A stretch of 63,691 bases of DNA, filler included, from Globobulimina sp. (Eukaryota), in the NCBI GenBank assembly GCA_003354225.1. It is 35 parts of 35 records of this genome, joined end to end, with 100 filler letters (N's around TTAATTAATTAA, not from the genome) between each part and the next. Parts side by side here need not be neighbours in the genome. Positions count along the whole stretch, not along the records: positions 10,945 to 12,668 come from PIVH01012687.1; positions 12,769 to 14,492 come from PIVH01012688.1; positions 14,593 to 16,315 come from PIVH01012689.1; positions 16,416 to 18,138 come from PIVH01012690.1; positions 18,239 to 19,961 come from PIVH01012691.1; positions 20,062 to 21,784 come from PIVH01012692.1; 29 more parts are not named here. One strand, written 5' to 3'. Positions 10,945 to 21,884 of the stretch are shown in pieces; position 1 is the stretch's first letter, and each line of letters begins with the position of its first letter. The notes under the pieces are model-generated. The model saw only the letters and a list, made by a program, of their open reading frames with translations, did not search any database and had not been told where the DNA came from. Position numbers and translations under genes: made by a program.

Positions 10945-12083
10945 TATTGTATTACAAATTGATTACAAACAGACCAATGAGGAGAGCGAAAGGGAGTAAA
11001 TACAGAGCCAGAACAGATTGGGCTGCATTGACCAATATATCGGATTCAACTTTGCTAACAACATATATTTATGCATTCAGAAAAGGATTCTTTGAAATTA
11101 GGTGCGTATATTTTCATATATTATATAATAAAATACTTGATATATAATAAATGAATGACAGAACCCCAACACATCCTTTATTATCACTGCGGCCATTCAA
11201 ATGCTGCGGAGGATCATGGAAACGACCTCTGATAAGAACGATATTAACTATTTTAGCGCTTGGAACATATTTTTTTGTGTATCATTTGGAAAAGATTCAA
11301 CAGGGAATGTCCGTATTTAATGTACCCAAAGATGATCCTTATTATCCCTTGAAATTGGCATATTTTATTCCCGCCAGTATACTTTCGTTGTGTTTTGTAT
11401 TTGGATTTATATTGTTATGGGAGACTATGTTTGAAAGGATGTCGCGCCATATGGATAATGTGAGAACATTATCGAATTTAATTGTTCGCAATACATACTC
11501 TGAATATATCAAATTATCGCGAATTGATAATATATTGTCATGGTTGGCTTTGGAGCGCTTTGTCAAAAGAAAAGGAATGATGTTATTTGCATCCTTGGAG
11601 ACACCTTTATTTTCCTTGTGGTTATTATTAATATGTAGTAGCGGCTCCGTCATTTGGTGCATTTATAGAGGAATTGGCTCTCAATTATTCACAGATAAGT
11701 CCATATACAGTAATAGTGCTCTGGCGACATGGTTTTATTTGGCATTATTTGCTGTTGTCCAAACCTGGCGAATGTTGTGGCGATATGGAAGTAAGTTTAA
11801 CAGAGAAACACAAAAACAAGATGCTGCATTTAGATCACAATGTGGCACCATACAAACAGATAATTTGATGCAATTTGTAATCAATGATGAGCCAACATTG
11901 GAGCAAAAACGTGCTATTAAATCATCGCAAATATTATTGCAACATATTGTTCACGATGAAATTGTGCCCACTGTATTTGGAATAAAATTCGATAAATTGA
12001 CTTCAAAGGCATTTGTAACAATCATTATGTCTGCTGTGCCAACCATAATATACTTCATAGTCGATCAAAATTCCAAATTGTAA
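10945..12083 (+). CDS. Multi-pass membrane hypothetical protein, 5' partial
   Basis: 310-codon ORF with ~5 TM segments. A 60-nt GT-AG intron at 11102-11161 links the upstream exon in frame. Confidence 0.7.
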
Positions 12084-12587
12084 CAATAATAATTATTATT
12101 CATCTGACAAAATGCTGTGTGTGTTGTGTTGTGTAGCGTTGCAGTGTAGCATCACACACAAAGTGTAAAAGTATTTTCAGAAACAAGTATAAATAGTAGT
12201 AGTACGAGATTCAATCGGGACGTAAGTCCGATTCCAGACTCACAGATTGCTTGAACAACCCTGTGAGGGATATAAATAATATTTTGTATTTTTTGGAAGG
12301 AGAAAAAATTGTTTAACTGTACAAATTATATATAAATTCATGTTTTTTTCATTGTTTGTCTAAAGTTATGAAACATGTTAGTAGTCTAATTGACTCAGGC
12401 CAACTAACTTTTTTCTAAGACCTAATACTTAAAACTTAGAAGAACACTTAGTGCATTGCATGCTAGGAGCGTGGATTAATTAAAAGTACTCATTCCACAC
12501 CTCTCTATGCATGTATATGCAATCAAAAATTTAATTGAAAAATAATGCTCCACATAGATATTGTATAATGGTAAATGGAACAAAAAT

Positions 12588-12657
12588 GGTCGCATAGCTC
12601 AAGCAGAGCACTGGATTCATCCAGAAGATACAGGTTCAAATCCTGTGGCGACAGCCA
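12588..12657 (+). pseudogene. tRNA-like sequence (degenerate tRNA-Met-like or SINE head)
   Basis: GTCGC/GCGAC acceptor core, TAGCTCA A-box, CTGGA/TCCAG anticodon stem around TTCAT, and ACAGG-TTCAAAT-CCTGT T-arm. The D-loop and anticodon loop are shortened. Confidence 0.65.
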
Positions 12658-12926
12658 AACATCGTGGANNNNNNNNNNNNNNNNNNNNNNNNNNNNNNNN
12701 NNNNNNNNNNNNTTAATTAATTAANNNNNNNNNNNNNNNNNNNNNNNNNNNNNNNNNNNNNNNNNNNNCCCGTGTCATTATTCTTCTTTTCCTTTTCTTC
12801 TTCCTCTTCTTCTTCTTGTTGTTGTGGTGGTGTTTCTTCATTGGAATTTGTTTGCGTTGACATGATTCAGAAAAGTTTTATTGTTTGTGAAATGTTCACG
12901 AGCTACATTTACATTTAAAAGTAATA

Positions 12927-14097
12927 ATGTCTTGCCGTCGAGTTTCTTGTTATTGTAAATGCTACAAAGCGTCTTCATCCAAATGGAATAAAAACAAATG
13001 TAACTCATGCAATCATCCACTCAAAGAACATGGATCCACACAAGTTACACAACAACCACATAACAGCAACATTAGCATCACCCGATCAACGAGTTCTTTT
13101 CCAACCCATCAAGCAGCAAAAAAGAACTTTTGCATTGGAGATAAATTGCAGGTGTTATATGACAACAATTGGTGGAAGGCAGAAATTATACAAATCACAG
13201 CTGAACAGATTGAGATAACATATGATGTTTGGGATCAATATTCCAACGAACGGATACACAAAAATAGTAAGAGATTAAGACGCAATATGAAGCATGCAAC
13301 CACCCAAACAAATATCGGTTCAAATTGGCAGAAAAACGTTGCTGGAAAACAAAAAAACAAACACAAAGCAACCATTATAAACAGACCCGTCAGATCGTCG
13401 TCGGTGGCTATTTTGAAACAAAAATTGATGAATTCTGCGACATCAAATAAGAAATACAAAAAAGTTGCCAAGAGAGTAATTAATTCATTATCGAGTGGTG
13501 ATTGTTTATTGTGCGCTGGAACTGACTTATCAAATATTATAACATTAACGAAATGTAAACATAAATTATGCAAAGATTGTATGAGTAATTATATTAAGAT
13601 TAATTACTTCAACGGATAAGTTGAATATTCGCTGTCCATTTTGTGCACTTATTATGGACAGATATAAGGACATAAAACCTGCATTATCTCATCAGCAATT
13701 TTATGATATTTATCTTCAACCAAATTTAAAGAAATGTCTATCTGCAAATTGCAACAATAGCATCAAATTAATTGGTACCGGGGCAGCGAGATTGGATTGC
13801 TCGAAATGTGCGAAAAGTTGGTGTGTGAATTGCAATGTCGCTTGGCATGCGAATATGGATTGTGATGCATATAAAAAAACAGAACAATATATTTTATTGG
13901 AACAGCAGTATCAACATTTTTTACAGGAAAATAAAGAAAACATAAAAAAATGTCCAAAATGTAGTGTGAGTATTGAGAAGAATAACGGGTGTAATCATAT
14001 GCATTGTGTGTCTTGTGATGTTCATTTTTGTTGGAAATGTTTGTTTTCTGCAGGTGACAGTAATAGTATATATTCACATATGTCTGCTTGTTACTAA
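12927..14097 (+). CDS. RBR (RING1-IBR-RING2) E3 ligase with N-terminal Zn-finger and Tudor/Agenet-like domain; +1 frame break at 13617
   Basis: CLLC...CKHKLCKDC then CPFC; IBR CSKCAKSWCVNCNVAWH; RING2 KCPKCSVSIEKNNGCNHMHC...FCWKC; Tudor-like IGDKLQVLYDNNWWKAEII. Confidence 0.8.
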
Positions 14098-14659
14098 TCA
14101 GTAATGTCATTTATATTTTGTGTGTTCCTTTGTTATGATCGAATGTATGAAATATATGAGGAATGTGTGATATTATATCAATCAAGATATTATATAGGAT
14201 TTTGAATTGATATCTTAATTTTTCAATTGCAGTTTGTTGTCTTCATTTGTCACTAACCAATACATTAGGGATTATAGCATTTTCCATCGATATTATTAAA
14301 GGTTGGCTCTGCAGCAGGTTGGATTTATTGACGAGCTTTAAATTCATTTGGAAATTTATTGTGAACGGAGATGTGAGCGGCAACAATGATACATCTTAGT
14401 AGTTGCGACTGCCGTGGAATTGCATCAACAATAATACTAACAACAGCGCGCCGAAACTTCATAATTGAGCTAATGCTAAAGATGCAGATTTTNNNNNNNN
14501 NNNNNNNNNNNNNNNNNNNNNNNNNNNNNNNNNNNNTTAATTAATTAANNNNNNNNNNNNNNNNNNNNNNNNNNNNNNNNNNNNNNNNNNNNAAGACGGT
14601 GTTTGAAAAACTGCATCCGCCATATGATGAGAGTTTGCTTTTAATTCATCAAACAATAA

Positions 14660-15117
14660 TTAAGCAATAATACATGCAGCAGAATAAAATACCACACCGC
14701 CGAATAATGAGATTAAGGCAGCTTTGGGGATCTCCACTCCGTCCACTGTGGGGTCAACGGCGTACACTATTTTTAAGATTAAATCAACCACGGTATAAAC
14801 CAATATGTATCCACTAAAAAATGTAACGCAAAGTATCTGTTCAATGTTATATGCCTCATTGCTACGGACGCCGCACCAACCAGTTACTATTAAAAATATG
14901 GATAATATCGCTAGCTGGTAATAACCGCCCAAAAAACCGAGGATCACCAATCCTAATAAGATAAACATTATCCAATATAACAAACGACCCAATGTCAATG
15001 CACGTTCGGTGGGCTTACATACTGCGTACGGTGTAGTACATAAACTGCATTTTTAGAGTATGTGTATATTATAGGTTTATAATATTTGAATTTGTTCTGC
15101 TTTTAGACGTACCACAT
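14660..15117 (-). CDS. 4-TM membrane protein (possible premature TAA at 14662-14660)
   Basis: ATG at 15117 and a 68-nt GT-AG intron at 15112-15045 give MCLCTTPYAVCKPTERALTLGR..., followed by four hydrophobic helices. Confidence 0.65.
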
Positions 15118-15240
15118 GTGGATCTAGCTATTGTTTCTATGTTACGACAGAATGATGGTGTGACTGACAGGTGTGTTGATTGGATGTTTTGAGGTGAAAA
15201 AATGTTATCAACTTACAATCAAGCTAGCGTCGCATATTAA

Positions 15241-15418
15241 AGGGGTTGTTCTTATATTGCGCAATATAAATTGGACCTAGGACCTAGGCCATCCTTAATT
15301 GCAATAGACTAGTTTAAAGGAGCGTAGTGGTCGCATATCTAGTGATCACCAAATTGCAATATCATGGTACCTAGGTCGTAGGTCTCGATTTATATTGCGC
15401 AATATAAGAACAACCCCT
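15241..15418. mobile_element. MITE, 178 bp, with 31-bp perfect (~48-bp imperfect) TIRs
   Basis: AGGGGTTGTTCTTATATTGCGCAATATAAAT at 15241 and its exact reverse complement ending at 15418. Confidence 0.85.
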
Positions 15419-15482
15419 AATGTAAAAAGGAATAAATAAATTAGTTATGGTTTGTTTCGACAAATAATTCGAGGATGAGCAG

Positions 15483-16315
15483 TTATTGAGCACATTCACA
15501 GCAATCCATAATCCATTCTTGAGAGTAGCCATTAATATTACATCCTTTATTGGATATAATAGTTTTGCCGTCACCATCATAATTAATTAAACATTCAAAA
15601 TTGATTTTTCCCCTTCTTTTTAATATCACAAATTAACATAAAATGCGTTGAAATCCGTGATAAACAATTTGATAAATTTACTATTTGTATATCTCTATCA
15701 TAAGTATCATTATCTGTTAATTCCTCACAACAAATCCTTACTTTTATTTGTCTTTTCTGCTGATCAGCCAATGCTTTTTGTAATATTTTAAATGTTGCTA
15801 ATAATTTTTTATTGTTTCCACATTTTATGCTAATATAATTTAATGACTTTCCTGATAATAAAGATTGCATTGCCCCTTGATCCATAGCTGAACTATGTAC
15901 CTCTGATGCATTTAAATGAATTCGTTGTAAATTATTTAAAAGATCGCCGTCCATCAAAGCACTCATTGTTTCTTTATACAAAATACAAAATTTATTATAA
16001 AATGAAAAACATAATTCCTTTAATTTGCGAAATTTATATTCTTTGAAAAAAGGAGTTCTGTGACAATGAAATGATTCTAAATTATCAATAACTTTGTTGG
16101 TTACTGGTTGCAAATAGTTCCAAATCATCGAAGACGGCGAGGCAATACATAATCCTCTTAATGATGATAAATGAAACATATTTTCATCAAATGCATATGA
16201 ACGGTACTCAATAAATTCAAGATTTCGAGGAAATATATCTTTTGTAAATTCATGATCATCAGAATCATAAAACTCTGACCCGTTCCATCTAAATGTTGTA
16301 ATATTGGACAATTTT
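15483..16315 (-). CDS. Hypothetical LRR-like protein C-terminal part, 5' partial; possible +1 frame break at 15597
   Basis: LRR-like segments NLESFHC, KLKELCF, NNLQRIHL, SLNYISI. The +1 frame continues 37 codons, ending ISNKGCNINGYSQEWIMDCCECAQ. Confidence 0.5.
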
Positions 16316-16416
16316 NNNNNNNNNNNNNNNNNNNNNNNNNNNNNNNNNNNNNNNNNNNNTTAATTAATTAANNNNNNNNNNNNNNNNNNNNNNNNNNNNN
16401 NNNNNNNNNNNNNNNT

Positions 16417-18138
16417 GATAAAAAAACCAGATTACTGTCCGACGAAAGAGAAAAAGCAGTACATAATTCGCAGGAAATTTGGAAAAAAGAACGAGAAAAA
16501 TGGAGAAATCGTATGCAAGTATTACGAACAGAAAATGCTGAATTAAAAAATGGCAATCAAGACTACAAAATAAGTCCTGCTCTCTCCAAGAAAGTAACTC
16601 AATTTTGTGCCGGACATGATTTAAGTAACAAGGATGACATAATATTTTCGCAAAAACAGAAAATTGAATTATTACAATTTGAAATTGCAGAACTAAAGAA
16701 ACAACCAAATGTAACAAAAGTTAGTAATGTATCTCAAGTAAGTTTTGATTCAATAATACTAAAAAAAACTGTTTCTGAGCTGGCTCAAACATTATACTCT
16801 TTAAAATCCGATTATAGTAAACTTCAAACAGTGGTGAAAAGACAACAGAATGAATATACCGAATATATTAATAAAAGCACAGAAGAAACATTATCAATGA
16901 TGCAACATTATAACACCCATTTGGCGAATATGACCAATAAATATAAAGAAGCCATGCAATTAAAACGCAAATTATTCAACGAAATACAAGATTTAAAAGG
17001 CAATATTCGCGTTTATGCTCGGCTACGACCAATATTACCGATTGACGGACCTAATCAACAGCCAATTATTAAGTTGTTAGAGAATGATACATTGGAAATT
17101 ACAGCGCCGAATAATGATCGTCCAGCGCATTTATTTACATTCGATAAGATATTTGGTGTTGAATCAACACAAGATACAGTTTATAAGGACGTGTCCGCAT
17201 TTATTGACAGTGTGATGGATGGATATAATGTATCAATATTTGCCTACGGACAAACTGGCAGCGGCAAAACGTATACAATGCAGGGCGACAAAGCAAATCC
17301 CGGTGTTATAATGAGCTCATTACAACATTTATTCACTGTCGCTGAATGTAGGAAACCTGATTTTGAATATAATATTTCAGTGTCGATGATTGAAATTTAT
17401 AACGAGAAAATCAGAGATATTTTGGTGAAGCAGCAAAAGGTTTATAAGCTGCGACAAAACAGAATCAGTGGTAACTATATTGAAAATTTATCAGTACATA
17501 AAGTGTCATCGGAAAGCGATGTATTAAAATTAATGAACATTGGAATGAAAAATCGGAGTGTTGGAAGTACGAAATCAAATGAAAGTTCTTCGCGAAGTCA
17601 TATGGTTTTAACAATATCTGTGATTGGTAAAAATGCTGCAGCCAAATTAACGTATATTGGCAAGTTACATTTAATTGATCTGGCCGGAAGCGAACGGGTT
17701 AAAAAATCCGGAGTTGATGGAAGTGCATTGAAAGAAGCACAAAATATAAATAAATCATTGTCAGCTTTAGGTGATGTTATATCTGCATTGAGTAAAAAGT
17801 CCAAACATATCCCATTTCGGAATAGCACATTAACGCAGATGTTACAAGATTCATTGGGTGGAAATAGTAAGACATTGATGATTACGAATGTAAGTCCGGC
17901 ACAAAACCATTATGGTGAGACAGTAAATGCGTTGAAATTTGCGCAAAGAGCAAAAACTGTGGAATTAGGAGCAAGCAGGAAATCAGTTGTGTATCATGGA
18001 CATAGTAGTATGACACAGCATGTTTCATCAAGAAGAAGAACAACAAATACAATGGAAATTAGTAACGCAACAATGAGCAGAACTCGCGCACAACGTTCGT
18101 CACAACAAAATGAAAAGACAAACAATTCAAAAAGATAT
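16417..18138 (+). CDS. Kinesin-14 (C-terminal motor, KIFC/NCD-like), partial at both ends
   Basis: Coiled coil, then the neck RKLFNEIQDLKGNIRVY, P-loop GQTGSGKT, SSRSH, DLAGSE, HIPFRNS. Confidence 0.95.
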
Positions 18139-18238
18139 NNNNNNNNNNNNNNNNNNNNNNNNNNNNNNNNNNNNNNNNNNNNTTAATTAATTAANNNNNN
18201 NNNNNNNNNNNNNNNNNNNNNNNNNNNNNNNNNNNNNN

Positions 18239-18522
18239 AAATCATTAATAAATGGCTCTAAAAAGGTGGTCCAACCAAAACTATCCACATTATCAATGTC
18301 GACATCATCGCCAACAGTCTTTCCCTGTTCAGCAACATTATGATATCCAACATTTATCTCATTCTTCTGATTACAAATCAAATCAACAACACATTGAAGC
18401 AAATCAAATGCGACATCAATAACATTCTGGTCAGCTCCATATAAAATAATCGATTTCAGTTTGTCATAAATCTCATTTAAATATGACTGTATTATCTCAA
18501 TTCCATATGCTTTATAACAATG
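18239..18522 (-). repeat. Tandem duplicate of MMS19 coding segment 18616-18899
   Basis: Direct repeat offset by 377 bp (out of frame), with about 10 substitutions over ~283 bp. Confidence 0.9.
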
Positions 18523-19832
18523 CAAAAAGCCTCAAAGTTTGCATTTGAAATTTGAATAATAATTTTACTCGACATTCTCGCCAATTTTGCATCGGGAATT
18601 TCTATCTCGACTCGAAAATCATTAATAAATGGCTCTAAAAAGGTGGTCCAACCAAAACTATCCACATTATCAATGTCGACATCATCGCCAACAGTCTTTC
18701 CCTGTTCAGCAACATTATAATATCCAACATTTCTCTCATTCTTCTGATTACAAATCAAATCAACAACACATTGAAGCAAATCAAATGCGACATTGATAAT
18801 ATTCTGATCAGCTCCATATAAAATAATCGATTTCAATTTGTCATAAATCTCATTCAAATATGACTGTATTATCTCAATTCCGTATGCTTTACAACAATAT
18901 TTCAAACATAGTAAAACATCGCTCATTTGCTGCATATCATTGGCGACCTCGTCATCTTCCAATTTGTCTAAAATCATAGTTAAAGCCATTGGAGATAATA
19001 AGGAGTGACATCCCAATGATTCATTCAAACCATCCGATAATTGTTGCTTTTGAATGCCAAATACATCTTTATTTGCTTTTGGTGCCTTGAATTCGATGGG
19101 AAAGTAAACCTCCATTATCTCGAATAACTCCTTTGCATATTTGGATAATATTTGGTTTGGATAATATTCGAAGAGGGATTGGAACAAATTGAAAGATAAT
19201 AAAATATTCCTTGGATCCGACTCGCCATCAATTAATTTAATGCATCCATTCATAAATAAATCGTCAAACTGTGTCAATATAATATTGGTGTGATTAATAA
19301 GTGAGACATTGAATACTTTTAACAATTCTTGTCGTGACAATTGGTTATAATTTAATGTGCCTTCGTCATTGTATTTTATTTTTAATTTTATTTTTTCGTA
19401 ATCCAATTTGCTGATAATTGTGGTAAATAATTGGATGACTAATTCACTGCCATTGTACGAGGACAATTTATTGTGATATTTTTGATATAAGGCACAGACT
19501 GTTAAAATGATGAATGATTGGCAGATTAAATCATGTTCAAAACGCGATAATAAAAAGGTTAAAATTGTTTGTAATTCAGATATTTTTAGTTGTAAATTGT
19601 TGCAATTTTTTAATGTCTCATAAATGATTAGTATGGAATCTTGCCGTTGGAGATTGGATGTGGATGAGGTGGAGCATGTTAATGATTTGCCCAACACAAC
19701 AATTAAAGGTAATATTGTTGAGGTTGCATTGATTCTTTTTACAATATCAGATACCAATGAATGTCGCTCCAATTTATTTGTATTACCAATAAAAGATTCG
19801 ACCAACTCTGTTAAAGTTATCTTACTTGACAT
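18492..19832 (-). CDS. MMS19: MMS19/Met18 (cytosolic Fe-S assembly) N-terminal region, interrupted by a duplication
   Basis: DGESDPRNILLSF and YFPIEFKAP match the MMS19 motifs GEKDPRNL and YFPIDFxPP. Confidence 0.8.
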   Translation of the reverse strand: MSSKITLTELVESFIGNTNKLERHSLVSDIVKRINATSTILPLIVVLGKSLTCSTSSTSNLQRQDSILIIYETLKNCNNLQLKISELQTILTFLLSRFEHDLICQSFIILTVCALYQKYHNKLSSYNGSELVIQLFTTIISKLDYEKIKLKIKYNDEGTLNYNQLSRQELLKVFNVSLINHTNIILTQFDDLFMNGCIKLIDGESDPRNILLSFNLFQSLFEYYPNQILSKYAKELFEIMEVYFPIEFKAPKANKDVFGIQKQQLSDGLNESLGCHSLLSPMALTMILDKLEDDEVANDMQQMSDVLLCLKYCCKAYGIEIIQSYLNEIYDKLKSIILYGADQNIINVAFDLLQCVVDLICNQKNERNVGYYNVAEQGKTVGDDVDIDNVDSFGWTTFLEPFINDFRVEIEIPDAKLARMSSKIIIQISNANFEAFCIVIKHMELR

Positions 19833-20129
19833 TATTCACTTTACTGTTTTTTTTATTCACTGTGTAAACTAATTCCGATTTAGCGGCAATTTAGCGCAAA
19901 AAATCAAAGATTTATTTTGACGCTATGATGTCTTAACAATTATGATAAAAACACACGTTGCNNNNNNNNNNNNNNNNNNNNNNNNNNNNNNNNNNNNNNN
20001 NNNNNTTAATTAATTAANNNNNNNNNNNNNNNNNNNNNNNNNNNNNNNNNNNNNNNNNNNNTCAAATTCATTCCTTTCCCCTTATATCGTTTAAATATAG
20101 CCACCGATTTTTTTCTAAATTCTTCAAAA

Positions 20130-20636
20130 ATGCGATATACCGCACAACAAGCCACGGCAGAACAAGCAGCTGCTCCGACGTCTACCGATCCAACAGATCA
20201 GTTTCGTTCGAGTGTTGCGGTTAATATAATCCCGCATGTCGGGAAAGGAATGAATTTGAAAGTAATCAATTTCAAAGAGTCGTCAGCAATCAGTTCGAGC
20301 GGTTGTCGCGTGGTCACCAGTGCTCAATTTGAGCCAGACTGGGATGGTGGTTGGGGAGTATTATCTTACATCTTTCAGCGGATTGATAAAGTCATGTTAT
20401 CAACGAGGCCGAATTATAAGTATCGAGATATGGACGCACAATGGATGAAAGAGGCCGGACCGGGGACGGTGATGTTTGTCTCAACTATTGCCTCGACTCA
20501 TGGTTTAGCCGTCAATGTGGAAAATGACCGTGGATTGGGATCCGTGACCTTCAACTTTACAAACGGAAGCATATTAGTGGTCGGTTCATCAGGCTCTAAA
20601 TTGTATTGTTCGAAGAAAGATGATGAAGTGTTGTAA
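20130..20636 (+). CDS. Hypothetical protein (168 aa)
   Basis: Complete ATG-to-TAA ORF, GC-richer than its AT-rich flanks; no recognised motif. Confidence 0.55.
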   Translation: MRYTAQQATAEQAAAPTSTDPTDQFRSSVAVNIIPHVGKGMNLKVINFKESSAISSSGCRVVTSAQFEPDWDGGWGVLSYIFQRIDKVMLSTRPNYKYRDMDAQWMKEAGPGTVMFVSTIASTHGLAVNVENDRGLGSVTFNFTNGSILVVGSSGSKLYCSKKDDEVL

Positions 20637-21342
20637 TTTATACTTTATTATATTTATAATTTATTTTTTTTATCTTAAATTGAAACTGAAACTGAATTGC
20701 GTGGTGTTATTTTTTCTTTTTTATTTTATAATTATTGTTAACAAATTCAGTTTTAAAAAAAACAAATAAAAAAATCCTATTACGCCACCGCGACCACCAG
20801 TCTCTATGTTTTCATTCCGGGAAAAAGTAAAATTTCAAATTTAAAAAAAACTTTATTAAAATACAAGCAGAAAAAAATATCTGCCGCACCAAATGCATTG
20901 TACGTTTAATATGTTGTCTATACAGATGTATATTCGACATATCTGTCTTCAAAATTAAAAACTAAGATACATCTCAAAATTAAAAACTAAGATAATTAAT
21001 AATTGTAAACTGCGCCTTGTCTTTTTGTGCAGCGAGAAATCTTGATTGCCAATTCAAACAAAAAAAAAACCTCTGCGGTACCAACTTTTTTCCTGACTAG
21101 CTGAATATATCAAGATATGTTTTATAACGTCTAAGGATCTCTATCTAGCAAAACACACGATGCTAGACAAAAACAATGACAATGAATGTATTTTAATATT
21201 ACAAAATTACAAAAACAAAACAAAACAAAAACAAAACCATATAAACAAAAAACAAATACAACGCTTAATATTACAAAAAAAAACAAAACAAAACAAAAAA
21301 GAACGAAGCAAGCATATAAACACAAAACAAAAAAGGCACTAA

Positions 21343-21783
21343 TCAAATTACTTTCGGTTTTTTTGGTCCTGGACATTCACTTGGCCGCAATGGTCTTTTT
21401 GTTGCCTTCTTGTTAACCATCGGATTACCACATTGGATCTGACGTTTTCCTCGTTTTCGTACTTCCTTTGCTCTTTGTTTTCCTTTTGACTTTGCGGTTT
21501 TGGTTCCCGTATTCAGCCATCTGCTTTTTGTTGCACTTCTACTTCCCTGCCCACTTCTTCCCGTCGTACTCTGTGGATTCGCACTTCTTCTGGGCGCACT
21601 CGGTGGATTCTCACGTCTTCCTTGCACTTTTCGTTCCCGTTGATCTTTTTTGGATTGGATTGGGGCACCAATATCCTCGAAATCGACGTTTGTTTTTATG
21701 GCATACCAATAATCATCACCACTTAACACAGCACGTTCTGCCGTTTCAACGAATACATCCGTTATTTTGGATATGTGTTGGGT
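21343..21783 (-). CDS. Hypothetical protein C-terminus (basic tail), 5' partial
   Basis: The frame is open from the contig edge, with a K/R-rich tail followed by T-rich UTR-like sequence. Confidence 0.45.
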   Translation of the reverse strand, partial: TQHISKITDVFVETAERAVLSGDDYWYAIKTNVDFEDIGAPIQSKKDQRERKVQGRRENPPSAPRRSANPQSTTGRSGQGSRSATKSRWLNTGTKTAKSKGKQRAKEVRKRGKRQIQCGNPMVNKKATKRPLRPSECPGPKKPKVI

Positions 21784-21884
21784 GNNNNNNNNNNNNNNNN
21801 NNNNNNNNNNNNNNNNNNNNNNNNNNNNTTAATTAATTAANNNNNNNNNNNNNNNNNNNNNNNNNNNNNNNNNNNNNNNNNNNN

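Noticed and set aside
20949..20994. Tandem TCAAAATTAAAAACTAAGATA duplication and nearby (CAAAA)n tracts
   Set aside because: Ordinary slippage and low-complexity UTR sequence.
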